Assembly (NCBI GenBank): GCA_044372835.1
Contig: JBILRE010000010.1
Coordinates: 7,039 to 71,038 of the forward strand
Source: Crocinitomicaceae bacterium
GTDB taxonomy: Bacteria; Bacteroidota; Bacteroidia; Flavobacteriales_D; Crocinitomicaceae
Direction: 5' to 3'
Length of the DNA: 64,000 bases
Positions within the stretch are counted from its first letter, which is position 1. Each line of letters begins with the position of its first letter. Below are positions 1 to 9,221 of the stretch, piece by piece. Both the position numbers and the translations under genes were made by a program. The notes beneath the pieces are model-generated. The model was not told where the DNA came from. It ran no database searches and saw nothing but the letters and a program-made list of their open reading frames with translations.

Positions 1-917
1 AACTGACGGATATTTTCAACCGTCTTGCAGGCCGGCCTTCGTTCATTCTTGGTGGTGGAAGCAATGTCCTATTCACTGAGCATTTTAGCGGTACCATCCT
101 ACTCAACCGTATTCCGGGTGTGGAGGTCATTTCCGAGAGCAACGAACAAGTCTTGATAAAGTGCGGTGCTGGAGAAAACTGGCATTCGTTGGTAATGCAA
201 TGTGTTTCCAATGGCTTTGGTGGTATTGAAAACCTAAGCCTAATTCCCGGGAGTGTTGGTGCAAGCCCCATTCAAAACATTGGAGCATACGGAGTAGAAA
301 TAAAAGATGTTTTTCATTCCCTGGAAGCATTTCATATCGAAACTAAGGAGGTACACACCTTTACTCATTCCGACTGTGCATTCGGTTACCGCGACAGTGT
401 TTTCAAGGGAAAACTAAAAGGACAATATGTGATTTTAACTGTCACTTTTCGCTTGTCAAAAAATCCTATCCTGAATACAAAATACGGTGCCATTGAGCAA
501 GAATTGGAAAAAATGGGCATCACTTCTCCTTCGATAAAGGATGTAAGTGCTGCAGTGATTTCGATTCGCAGGAGCAAACTTCCTGATCCCGCTCAACTAG
601 GAAACGCTGGAAGTTTTTTCAAAAATCCAGTTGTAAGCGAAGAAAAAGCGGAAGAAATCTTAAATCGATTTCCAAATGCTCCTGTATATCCTGCCGGTGA
701 AGGATCTAAAAAGCTGGCTGCTGGCTGGTTGATTGAACAAAGTGGATTAAAAGGAAAACGCTTTGGTGAATGCGGCGTTCACAACCAACAAGCGCTGGTA
801 TTGGTAAATTATGGAAACGCAACTGGAAAAGAAGTTTTACAGTTATCTGAACAAGTCATTGAAACGGTCCATGCATCTTTTGGAATTATTCTAGAGAGGG
901 AGGTTAATATTGTTTGA
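1..917 (+). CDS. murB: UDP-N-acetylenolpyruvoylglucosamine reductase MurB (5' end lies upstream of the window)
   Basis: The reading frame is open from base 3 (..PSFILGGGSNVLFTE..), so the listed GTG at 120 is internal. MurB hallmarks are present: GNAGSFFKNP, AAGWLIEQSGLKG, HNQQALVLVN. Confidence 0.93.
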   Translation, partial: LTDIFNRLAGRPSFILGGGSNVLFTEHFSGTILLNRIPGVEVISESNEQVLIKCGAGENWHSLVMQCVSNGFGGIENLSLIPGSVGASPIQNIGAYGVEIKDVFHSLEAFHIETKEVHTFTHSDCAFGYRDSVFKGKLKGQYVILTVTFRLSKNPILNTKYGAIEQELEKMGITSPSIKDVSAAVISIRRSKLPDPAQLGNAGSFFKNPVVSEEKAEEILNRFPNAPVYPAGEGSKKLAAGWLIEQSGLKGKRFGECGVHNQQALVLVNYGNATGKEVLQLSEQVIETVHASFGIILEREVNIV

Positions 918-918
918 A

Positions 919-2142
919 TTACCACGAATCCATTGTCCCCTCCTCCTCATTGGCCTGCTTAATCAATTTTTGCCAATCGTAATGTGGGTCCTCGCTATCA
1001 AAAACAATATCGGCGTAATCCCTACCGCTCAACTCAAAGCGCTCAATCTCCTGTCCGGTATAGGTTTCTATCTCTTTCAATAAATGCATTTCCCCAGGAC
1101 TGCAAAGGGATATAGCATTTCCAAGTTTATTTCCCCTCCCCGTTCTTCCACAGCGATGGACATAAGTTTCAGGATGCTCAGGCATATCGTAATTAACCAC
1201 CACATCCACTGATGGTATATCGATGCCCCTCGCCGACACATCTGTCGTTATTAAAACGTTTGATGTTCCAGACTTGAACGCATCGAGGATTTTAAATCGA
1301 TCCTCCTGCTCCATTCCGCCGTGTAAGCATGAACAAGCAATTCCAACCCGGTGCATTGCTTGCTGAACTCGATCCGCTCGCACCTTGGTACGAACAAAAA
1401 CCAATACGCGTTTTTCAGGGTCGTTTTGAATCATATTCTCCAGAAAAAACCGTTTATCGTCCATTTCGACAAATAAAACGGAATGATCGATGGTTTTGGC
1501 AACTGGGTTTTTAGGGGAAAGCTGGATACGAATAGGGTTGTTAACCACTTGGTAAGCCACCGTCTTAATTTTACGGTTGATGGTTGCGGTAAAAAAAAGG
1601 GTTTGTGGTGTTTTTTTTAACTTTTTACAAACGGCGAAAATATCTTTTCGAAATCCCAAATCCAGCATAAGGTCGGCCTCATCTAGAACCAATATTTTAA
1701 CTTCGTTCAACGAAATAACACCTTGATGTTCCAAGTCAAACATTCTTCCCGGCGTCGTAACCAGTATATCCAGATTTTTTAAGGCTTTTTTGAATGCTGC
1801 GTCCTGTTCTTCTCCTCCATGTAATCCAAATACTTGGACAGAAGTTTGTTTACCGATATTCGAAATATGCGTGGCTATTTGCCGACACAACTCACGTGTT
1901 GGCACCATAACAAGGCACTTTATACCTTTGGAACCTTTTGCTTTCCATTTTTCAACCTTGTGCAAAACAGGAATAGCAAAAGCAGCTGTTTTTCCGGTAC
2001 CCGTTTGAGCCACTGCAAAAACGTTTTCACCGTTTAACACATGGGGAATGACTTTAAACTGAATGTCTGTGGGACGATTGAACCCGATTTCGGCGAGCTG
2101 ATTCTTAAGCCCATCCGAGAGCGGATAATCCTTAAATTTCAT
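919..2142 (-). CDS. DEAD-box ATP-dependent RNA helicase
   Basis: Motifs seen: Walker A AQTGTGKTAAF, PTRELC, DEAD box (VLDEADLM), TAT (FFTATI), and motif VI HRCGRTGRG. Confidence 0.93.
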   Translation of the reverse strand: MKFKDYPLSDGLKNQLAEIGFNRPTDIQFKVIPHVLNGENVFAVAQTGTGKTAAFAIPVLHKVEKWKAKGSKGIKCLVMVPTRELCRQIATHISNIGKQTSVQVFGLHGGEEQDAAFKKALKNLDILVTTPGRMFDLEHQGVISLNEVKILVLDEADLMLDLGFRKDIFAVCKKLKKTPQTLFFTATINRKIKTVAYQVVNNPIRIQLSPKNPVAKTIDHSVLFVEMDDKRFFLENMIQNDPEKRVLVFVRTKVRADRVQQAMHRVGIACSCLHGGMEQEDRFKILDAFKSGTSNVLITTDVSARGIDIPSVDVVVNYDMPEHPETYVHRCGRTGRGNKLGNAISLCSPGEMHLLKEIETYTGQEIERFELSGRDYADIVFDSEDPHYDWQKLIKQANEEEGTMDSW

Positions 2143-2178
2143 CGCTTAGTTGTTGAAGAACGAACCTCGTTTTCTTCG

Positions 2179-2937
2179 TTAATCCTCATGGGCATCGGTC
2201 GGTGGCACCAATATACGTCCGCAGTGTTCGCAAACGATAACCTTCTTTTTTGCCACGATATCCAATCTTCTTTGGGGTGGTATCTTATTAAAACATCCTC
2301 CACAAGCATCGCGTTGAATGGTCACAACCGCAAGGCCATTTTTGGCGTTGGTTCGAAGTCGGTTGTAAGCAAAAACCAATCGGTCATCAATAAGTTTCTT
2401 AGCCGCATCAGACTTTTTGATTAAGGCATCTTCCTCCTTTTTGGTTTCGCCAACGATTTCGTCAAGCTCGGCTTGTTTTGACTGCAAATCCTGTTTTCTA
2501 AGTTCCAATTTTGCTTTTGCTTCCTCGAGCACTTCTACTTTGGAAGTAATCTTGAACTTTGCTTCCTTCGATTTTTTCTCGTGCAATTTAATTTCGAGCT
2601 CCTGGTATTCGATTTCTTTCGCTAGGGATTCAAATTCGCGGTTGTTTCGAACATTGTTTTGCTGTTCCTTAAACTTAGCGATAGCCGTCTCGGCATCCTT
2701 AGACGCATTCTTGCGCTCTTGGATTTCTGTTTCAAGCGTATTTGCTTCCTCGGAAATATTGGCTATTCTTGTTTCAAGGCCTTGAATTTCATCCTCTAAA
2801 TCACTTACCTCCAAAGGCAACTCCCCACGAATCGTGTGGATTTTATCAATTTCGGAATCAATTTTTTGAAGTTCATAAAGTGCATCCAATTTGTCTGCAA
2901 TCTTCACTTCTTTTTTCGCTTCTGCTTTTGCCGCCAT
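2179..2937 (-). CDS. Coiled-coil protein with C-terminal C4 zinc ribbon (COG1579-type, Nif3-associated)
   Basis: A long Glu/Lys-rich heptad region is followed by CGGCFNKIP....CEHCGRIL. The gene lies 3 nt downstream of the Nif3-family gene, which is the conserved Nif3/COG1579 pairing. Confidence 0.8.
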   Translation of the reverse strand: MAAKAEAKKEVKIADKLDALYELQKIDSEIDKIHTIRGELPLEVSDLEDEIQGLETRIANISEEANTLETEIQERKNASKDAETAIAKFKEQQNNVRNNREFESLAKEIEYQELEIKLHEKKSKEAKFKITSKVEVLEEAKAKLELRKQDLQSKQAELDEIVGETKKEEDALIKKSDAAKKLIDDRLVFAYNRLRTNAKNGLAVVTIQRDACGGCFNKIPPQRRLDIVAKKKVIVCEHCGRILVPPTDAHED

Positions 2938-2940
2938 GAA

Positions 2941-4035
2941 TCAATAATATTTTACGGGATTCGTATTTACTTCAGTCAAATGAGCCGCAAAGTTAGTAAA
3001 TTTTTTGTTCAAAATATCAGCAATTAGTTCGATTGTAAATTGTTCGCTTTCATAATGCCCAATATCGAGAATCAATATGCGTCCATCGGCATCAAAATAC
3101 TCATGGTATTTAAAATCCGATGAGATAAAAACATCCGCACCTTGGGCGACAGCATCCTTCAATAAAAACTGACCGCTTCCCCCGCATACAGCAATTTTCC
3201 GCACCTGCTTTCCAAGCAATTCGGTGTGCTTGATACACCCACATTTGAATATTGATTTTACGCTTTCCATAAATGCCGATTCATCCATGGGAGTTGCCAA
3301 CGCTCCAACCATCCCTGCTCCCATTTCCGAATGCCTATTTTGCAACGGAAGGAGGTCATACGCGATTTCCTCATAGGGATGTGTATTTTTTAAAGCCGAA
3401 AGAACCCGGTGTTCGTGGTGGCGGTCAATCACAAATTCTGCACGGACCTCTTGTTCGCGGTGGAGTTGAAGTTTCGAACCAACAAAAGGTTTAGCTGCAT
3501 CCAATGCACGGAACGTTCCTGTTCCCTCGGAGAAAAAATGACACGAATCATAGGCACCAAGTTGACCTGCACCAGCTTCAAAAAGTGCCTTAGCTACCAC
3601 CTCATGATGTGAACTCGGGATAAATACCACCAACTTGAGCAGTTGACCACTCATAGGTTTAAGGATGTTTGTTCGTTCAAGTCCAAGCCTACGGGCTATT
3701 TCCGCATTCACACCTAAGCGATGGTTGTCTAGGTTGGTATGCATGGCGTAAACGTTTATTTTTTCCTGAATGCACCGAAGGACCAGACGTTCGGTTACAT
3801 CTCTTCCAGTCAATGATTTAATGGCTTTGAAAATAAGGGGGTGATGTGCCACAATCATATTACAGGAACGATCTTTCGCCTCATTTAGAACAGCCTCTGT
3901 AACGTCTAAGCAAACGAGTAGACCTGTGACATGTTCATTTGGGTTTCCAATCAACAACCCACAATTGTCATAGTCCTCCTGCATGGAGAGTGGAGCAAAA
4001 ACCTCCAGGTAATTGGTTATCTCTTTTACTGTCAT
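2941..4035 (-). CDS. Nif3-like dinuclear metal centre protein (GTP cyclohydrolase 1 type 2 homologue)
   Basis: NIF3-family pattern: DNCGLLIG near the N-terminus, IVAHHPLIF, an inserted middle domain, and C-terminal AVCGGSGQ..GHYESE. Confidence 0.85.
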   Translation of the reverse strand: MTVKEITNYLEVFAPLSMQEDYDNCGLLIGNPNEHVTGLLVCLDVTEAVLNEAKDRSCNMIVAHHPLIFKAIKSLTGRDVTERLVLRCIQEKINVYAMHTNLDNHRLGVNAEIARRLGLERTNILKPMSGQLLKLVVFIPSSHHEVVAKALFEAGAGQLGAYDSCHFFSEGTGTFRALDAAKPFVGSKLQLHREQEVRAEFVIDRHHEHRVLSALKNTHPYEEIAYDLLPLQNRHSEMGAGMVGALATPMDESAFMESVKSIFKCGCIKHTELLGKQVRKIAVCGGSGQFLLKDAVAQGADVFISSDFKYHEYFDADGRILILDIGHYESEQFTIELIADILNKKFTNFAAHLTEVNTNPVKYY

Positions 4036-4115
4036 GATTGATTTCTTAAGTTGAATTCAGGCAAAATTGCACTATTCGGTCGCCTTGTTTGGTTCAATAC
4101 TTACCAATCGTTCCT

Positions 4116-4871
4116 TTATAGATACTTTAAAATGCCAAAGTTGACCCCATAAGAGCGGTTTTTGTGGACATAGGAATCTTGTGATTGGTAGGTTGAACTC
4201 AACTGAAAGCGCAGTTGCGGTTCGAAAAAGACACCCCAAGTGTTGTCAAGGTTCAATTGCAGTCCGCAATGGGTAATAAAACTGAAAACAAACATGTTTG
4301 GCCCATAATCGGGTTTCACTTTCCATACCTCCTCTTTTTCGGCTGAATTTCCAACTTTCCAAGTGCGCTCCTGTTTGTACCGGGATAAAATCTGAGGAAC
4401 GACACCTACACCAGCGTAAAATACGACCGATTTTCCGTAGGAGAAATCAAGCTGCAAGGGCAAAGCCAAGTAGGAATAAGTTGTGGTTGATCGAAACGTG
4501 GAATCAAGCGCCTCATCGGTAAAGGAATAATTCTCACCGTTTTTAAGGTAAGCAAAGGCTCCGGTCCAGCTTAAGTGCGTATTCAATTTGTTTGTTACAC
4601 CTAAACCGAACGACCAACAGTTCAGGTTGGTTTCAGTTGCCCGATTTCCTAAAGAGTCACCATAAGGAGCTACGTTTTCACTCAAATTTCGCATCGTATA
4701 TGACCAGTTAGTACCGAAACGAATCGCACTAGATCCATCGATAGGTTTTTCTTTTTTTGTGTCATTTTGCTTACCATTTTTTGACACGTTCTCTTCGGCT
4801 TGAATAACAATCTGTCCGTGTAACATGCCAACACAAACAAACATAAAAATAGAACTGCAAATTTTTCTCAT
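4116..4871 (-). CDS. Small outer-membrane beta-barrel protein (porin-family-like), function unknown
   Basis: It has a signal peptide (MRKICSSIFMFVCVGMLHGQ), alternating hydrophobic/aromatic strand pattern and a C-terminal aromatic-rich strand (NFGILKYL). It lies 9 nt downstream of the ChaN-like gene. Confidence 0.55.
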   Translation of the reverse strand: MRKICSSIFMFVCVGMLHGQIVIQAEENVSKNGKQNDTKKEKPIDGSSAIRFGTNWSYTMRNLSENVAPYGDSLGNRATETNLNCWSFGLGVTNKLNTHLSWTGAFAYLKNGENYSFTDEALDSTFRSTTTYSYLALPLQLDFSYGKSVVFYAGVGVVPQILSRYKQERTWKVGNSAEKEEVWKVKPDYGPNMFVFSFITHCGLQLNLDNTWGVFFEPQLRFQLSSTYQSQDSYVHKNRSYGVNFGILKYL

Positions 4872-4880
4872 CTTGCTGAT

Positions 4881-5744
4881 TTAATGTGTTTTTGTCATGT
4901 TTTCGGGAACACAGATTATGAAATCTGCTCTCCCATTATGCTCATTATCGAGTTTATTGGTAGTTGCTTGACTTACTGTGGAAATAAAGACCATCTTTAG
5001 GTCTGGCTTTGATTTTCGCAAATACCAGGCTATTCCTTGATAAAAATCGCTGTGAAATGCACCGTTGATATGCAGAAAAATGGAATTTGGTGTTAAAGAA
5101 CGGGCAATAGACTGAGCCATGGTTGCGTCTTTAAGTGCTTGTGCTTCCAACATGTACATGCCTTTCATATGTTCCGACATTTCTTTTATTTGGCGGTATT
5201 GGGATAGTGTCGTATCGATATCAAACGGCAATGGACATATCCAACTTTTTTCTTTTTCGCTCAATGAATCACTAAAAGGCCAGCCTTTCTTGAATAAACT
5301 GGAGGCATACCTTCTGGGCACATTGGTGGCAACAACAGGTAAGTGGTGCATTTTCGCAACATCAATGAGAGGTAAATAATCTGTTTCAAAATTTACCCAA
5401 AGCTTCGTGGTATCAGCAAATTGTTTATAACTAATACCCCCTTCCATATAGGCCTGCAAAAGAGATTGCTGATCTCTTTCAAGCATTTCAAATCCCAATT
5501 GTACTTCGTTAGGCTTAGCGGAAGTAAGCTCCGTTAGCAATTCCAGTTGCAACCAATGAGCAATTGGATTATCGTGAAATTCACCGAAAAAAACGACATC
5601 CGAACGAAGGCAAGCATTTCGTAATTTCCTGAAATCTGTTTTTTTTCCAAGCCCATCAAAGATTTCATATGCAGGTTTTCCTTGCGAAATGGCAGCAATT
5701 GATAATAACAAAAAGAAACTAAATAGAAAATTGCGTGGAGCCAT
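4881..5744 (-). CDS. ChaN-family (PF04187-like, haem-binding/Tiki-TraB superfamily) secreted protein
   Basis: It has a signal peptide (..LLLSIAAISQG) and the FGEFHDNPIAHW motif characteristic of ChaN-like proteins. Confidence 0.6.
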   Translation of the reverse strand: MAPRNFLFSFFLLLSIAAISQGKPAYEIFDGLGKKTDFRKLRNACLRSDVVFFGEFHDNPIAHWLQLELLTELTSAKPNEVQLGFEMLERDQQSLLQAYMEGGISYKQFADTTKLWVNFETDYLPLIDVAKMHHLPVVATNVPRRYASSLFKKGWPFSDSLSEKEKSWICPLPFDIDTTLSQYRQIKEMSEHMKGMYMLEAQALKDATMAQSIARSLTPNSIFLHINGAFHSDFYQGIAWYLRKSKPDLKMVFISTVSQATTNKLDNEHNGRADFIICVPENMTKTH

Positions 5745-5793
5745 AACCGATGCGTTCGTTTCACAATATTATAAAACTTGGCGGTATAATTTT

Positions 5794-5801
5794 TACCTTT
5801 G
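5794..5801 (+). promoter_or_regulatory. Putative Bacteroidota sigma-A -7 box (TAnnTTTG)
   Basis: TACCTTTG lies 7 nt upstream of ATG 5809. Confidence 0.45.
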
Positions 5802-5808
5802 CCTACAA

Positions 5809-7692
5809 ATGAATGAAATTCATTCTTTCTCGTTAAAAATTAAACCCCTTTTGCTTCGGCTGGGCATCGTATTTTGCTCATTGAATGCTACGAGAATCCT
5901 GTTTTATGTTTCGAATCGAGCAGCCTTTGAGAAAGCAGGAATTGCTGATTTCTTCTTCGGCGCCTGGATAGATTTGGTAACCATCTGCCTCTATTTTTTT
6001 CCTTTTATCGTCATAGAAATTTTCCCTCTATCTCTTCGTTATCAACCCTTAAAAGAAAAAATCCAAGCCATTCATTTTCACAGCATTCACTTCCTTATTT
6101 TGGTTATGAATTTAATGGATGTGGAGTACTTTAAATTCACCAACAAGCGAACCACATCGGACTTATTCAGCACCTTCTCTGAAAGCAGTGATTTTAACAA
6201 TTTGTTATTGCCCTATTTACTCGAATTCTGGTGGTTATCGATTGTGCTCGTTGGTTTGTTTTGGGGCAGTATTTACCTTTATCGTAAGGCAAAATCAGAC
6301 AAGGAACATACGTTTAGTTGGCTTCATCTGGGGATGAACTGGGTATTCCTCCTCCCTCTGGTTGTTGTAGTGGGGAGAGGAGGTTTTGGTCTTAAACCGA
6401 TTAGCACGTTAGATGTATCGAAGTATTGTCAAACCGAACAAGTTCCTTTGGTATTAAACACGCCTTTTTGCATGCTTAAATCCTTTGGAAAGGCACCATT
6501 GGAGTACCTTCATTTTATGTCTTTGGATAAGGAACGAATGCATTTCAATCCAGTTCAAACAAGCCGTCCGATAAACATTCTACCTGATAAACAAAACGTG
6601 GTCATCATTATACTGGAATCGTTCGGCAGTGAATTTACGGGTTCCGATGCCCAACCCACCTCCTATTCGCCTTTTTTCGATTCGATCTGCAAGGAATCCT
6701 TGTTTTTTGATTTCGGCATTGCTAATGGTCGAAAGTCAATTGAGGCACTTCCAGCAGTCATTGGCTCTATGCCCAGCTGGATGGACGACCCATTCATCAC
6801 CTCGCCATACTGCAATAACAAGCAGATGACTTTACCTAGAATCCTTAAGAAAAAAGGGTATTCTTCTGCATTTTTTCACAGTGCGAACAATGGTTCAATG
6901 CGTTTTGACAGTTATGCATCCTTGGCTGGATTCGATCGCTACTTTGGCCGCAACGAATACGGAAACGATGCCCATTTCAATGGTATTTGGGGAATATGGG
7001 ACGGCTATTTTAATCCTTGGGCGGCAAGAAAAATATCGTCCTTGAGTACACCCTTTTTCTGCACACTTTTTACTATCTCATCACATCACCCATATACCAT
7101 TCCCCCTAATAGAAAAGATAAGGTTATACATGGTCCACAGCCTATTTGTGCGGCTATCAATTATTCAGACTGGGCACTAAAACAATTCTTTGAAGTTGCA
7201 AGCAAGCAAGCGTGGTATAAAAATACCCTCTTCGTTTTAGTTGCGGACCATACCCCTCCCAGCACCCATCCACTATTTGGTTCGAAACAATGGATGTACC
7301 GTATCCCCATCGCATTTTATCACCCATCAGGAAAAATTCAGGTCAAAAAAGAACAAAAATTCTTGCAGCAAATCGATATAATGCCTACCTTGTTGGATAT
7401 TTTGAACATTAAAACTACCTTTTATGGCTTTGGGAAGTCCTACTTTCAAGGTAAAACAGGCGCAGGCATGACCTATTTGGAGGGGACATATCACCTTTTT
7501 TACAATGAGCACATGGCCGTTTTTAAAGACAATCATGTGACGAATCTGTACAACGTGCGTTCCTCACAAGGTGTTCACATTGATTCACTTGCAAAATACA
7601 AACAAACCTTATCAAAAGACCTAACCGGTTTTAAAGCACTCATGCAGCGCTACAACCGCGATTTAATAGACAACAAAACTTTTCAGCGATGA
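5809..7692 (+). CDS. LTA-synthase-family sulfatase / phosphoglycerol-transferase-like membrane enzyme
   Basis: About five N-terminal TM helices are followed by an alkaline-phosphatase-superfamily domain (VVIIILESFGSEF, SSHHPY, LVADH). I place the start at ATG 5809. The listed 5689 start overlaps the divergent ChaN gene and precedes a TACCTTTG -7 box at 5794-5801. Confidence 0.8.
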   Translation: MNEIHSFSLKIKPLLLRLGIVFCSLNATRILFYVSNRAAFEKAGIADFFFGAWIDLVTICLYFFPFIVIEIFPLSLRYQPLKEKIQAIHFHSIHFLILVMNLMDVEYFKFTNKRTTSDLFSTFSESSDFNNLLLPYLLEFWWLSIVLVGLFWGSIYLYRKAKSDKEHTFSWLHLGMNWVFLLPLVVVVGRGGFGLKPISTLDVSKYCQTEQVPLVLNTPFCMLKSFGKAPLEYLHFMSLDKERMHFNPVQTSRPINILPDKQNVVIIILESFGSEFTGSDAQPTSYSPFFDSICKESLFFDFGIANGRKSIEALPAVIGSMPSWMDDPFITSPYCNNKQMTLPRILKKKGYSSAFFHSANNGSMRFDSYASLAGFDRYFGRNEYGNDAHFNGIWGIWDGYFNPWAARKISSLSTPFFCTLFTISSHHPYTIPPNRKDKVIHGPQPICAAINYSDWALKQFFEVASKQAWYKNTLFVLVADHTPPSTHPLFGSKQWMYRIPIAFYHPSGKIQVKKEQKFLQQIDIMPTLLDILNIKTTFYGFGKSYFQGKTGAGMTYLEGTYHLFYNEHMAVFKDNHVTNLYNVRSSQGVHIDSLAKYKQTLSKDLTGFKALMQRYNRDLIDNKTFQR

Positions 7693-8570
7693 AACAGCAT
7701 ATTCGATTTATCATCAATCCGATTTCTGGTGTTGGGAAGAAAAATGAGCTTCCTTCCATCATCAATCAATACTTGGATCACAACAAATTCAGTTTCGATA
7801 TCGCCTATACGGAGTATAAAGAACACGCAAAAGTAATTGCTAAAAAGGCCTCGGAAGAAGGCATAGATATCGTTTGCGCTGTTGGTGGAGACGGATCCGT
7901 ACATGAGGTTGGCACAGTCCTTATTGGAACAAAAACGAAAATGGCAATCATTCCATGTGGTTCAGGAAACGGTTTGGCGCGACACCTTGGAATACCGGTA
8001 GATATTGCAAAAGCTGTGCAATGCATCAATACCGATCAATCCATTCAAATGGATACAGTTAAAGTCAACGAGCGGCCTTTTTTGGGTATTGGAGGTTATG
8101 GATTTGACGCCCTGATTGCCAAGAAATTTGATGCGTACCACAAACGTGGACTGTGGAGTTATGTGAAGCTCATTTTAAGGGAATTCTGGAAATACAACCC
8201 AATCAACGTATCAGTAGACATGAACGGTGAAGTGAAAAGCCTTCCTGTTGTGCTTTGTACCATTGCGAATTCATCCGAATTTGGTAATGGTTTTGTTGTT
8301 TCACCAAATTCAGACGTAACAGACGGAAAAATTGAAATGGTTATTCTTAAACCATTCTCCATATGGTCTGCTCCGAGTATTATTTACCACTTTTTCAAGA
8401 AAACTGCACACAAGTCAAAGTTCTCCGAAATCGTCTCTTTTCAGAACGCACAAATCAAAATGAAACAAAACAATTTGGCCCATTACGATGGTGAACCAAT
8501 GACCGTCAAAAATACCTTGAACGTTCAAGTTGTTCCCCGTAGCCTTCACATTCTTATCGGTTCAAAATAA
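7689..8570 (+). CDS. Diacylglycerol-kinase-family soluble lipid kinase (YegS/BmrU/DgkB-like)
   Basis: Motifs seen: IINPISG, VGGDGSVHEV, IIPCGSGNGLAR. The start codon overlaps the upstream stop (ATGA at 7689-7692). Confidence 0.88.
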   Translation: MKQHIRFIINPISGVGKKNELPSIINQYLDHNKFSFDIAYTEYKEHAKVIAKKASEEGIDIVCAVGGDGSVHEVGTVLIGTKTKMAIIPCGSGNGLARHLGIPVDIAKAVQCINTDQSIQMDTVKVNERPFLGIGGYGFDALIAKKFDAYHKRGLWSYVKLILREFWKYNPINVSVDMNGEVKSLPVVLCTIANSSEFGNGFVVSPNSDVTDGKIEMVILKPFSIWSAPSIIYHFFKKTAHKSKFSEIVSFQNAQIKMKQNNLAHYDGEPMTVKNTLNVQVVPRSLHILIGSK

Positions 8571-8575
8571 GTCGG

Positions 8576-9016
8576 ATGTTGTCTCTTGAGGATATGCTGG
8601 TACAATTGAACCAGTTAAATAAATCAACTAAGCCTAATTGGGGAAGAATGAGTGCACAGCGAATGGTTGAACACCTTTCTGAATCTTTCAAAATGGCAAG
8701 TGGTAAAATATCTTTCCCATCTGAAGTACAAGCATCGGCGATTGAAAAGATGCAAGCCTTTTTGTTGACAGATAAACCAATGGCTAAGAATATCGAGGTG
8801 GCCTTTTCACCTGAAAATGCTCAACTTCGTCATGAAGAACTGGATTTAGCCATTGATGAATTTGCAGAAGAATGGATTGATTTTATAGACGGATTCGAGG
8901 AAAACCCATCCAAAACAACCGAACATCCTTACTACGGAAAATTAACGTTTGATCAATGGATTCGCTTACACGATAAACACATTAAACACCATTTTGAACA
9001 GTTCGGATTGGTGTAG
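8576..9016 (+). CDS. DUF1569 / DinB-fold protein
   Basis: Size, helical pattern and C-terminal His cluster (HDKHIKHHFEQFG) fit DUF1569-type DinB-like proteins. Confidence 0.6.
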   Translation: MLSLEDMLVQLNQLNKSTKPNWGRMSAQRMVEHLSESFKMASGKISFPSEVQASAIEKMQAFLLTDKPMAKNIEVAFSPENAQLRHEELDLAIDEFAEEWIDFIDGFEENPSKTTEHPYYGKLTFDQWIRLHDKHIKHHFEQFGLV

Positions 9017-9048
9017 CACTTAACGTTCAAATTCCATACAGCGATTTT

Positions 9049-9216
9049 ATGTCCGTTTTGGTACTTTCTTTTGGATTCGGTTTCGTCTTAAGTATCCTAA
9101 ACTACCTCATCATTCGAACCAAAGGCTATACCTCTTACACGTTTCTGATTCTAGGATTCTTTGCTTTTAGTTCCGTAGCGTATATGTTTCTAAAACTGTT
9201 TTACAAATACGCATAA
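9049..9216 (+). CDS. Possible 55-aa two-helix membrane peptide (below the ORF-track cutoff)
   Basis: My own translation is MSVLVLSFGFGFVLSILNYLIIRTKGYTSYTFLILGFFAFSSVAYMFLKLFYKYA*, giving two hydrophobic segments separated by RTKG. It fills an otherwise empty 205-nt gap. Confidence 0.35.
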   Translation: MSVLVLSFGFGFVLSILNYLIIRTKGYTSYTFLILGFFAFSSVAYMFLKLFYKYA

Positions 9217-9221
9217 GAAAA

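Noticed and set aside
2155-2178. An imperfect hairpin (GAAGAACGA-ACC-TCGTTTTCTTC) between the zinc-ribbon gene and the DEAD-box helicase gene.
   Set aside because: The stem is bulged and weak, and no U-tract follows on the transcribed (minus) strand. It is not convincing as a terminator.
2417-2785. A Ser-rich 122-aa plus-strand ORF. Other listed ORFs of 60-140 aa lie antisense within gldJ, porU, the MCM genes, edd, susC and elsewhere.
   Set aside because: These are mirror-frame artefacts of real genes. Antisense of Glu/Lys-rich coiled-coil codons gives Ser/Phe/Leu runs. None has a signal, motif or independent promoter.
5689-5808. An N-terminal extension of the LtaS-like ORF that overlaps the divergent ChaN gene start.
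   Set aside because: It would place the start upstream of its own -7 box and inside the neighbouring gene. The first TM helix begins after ATG 5809.
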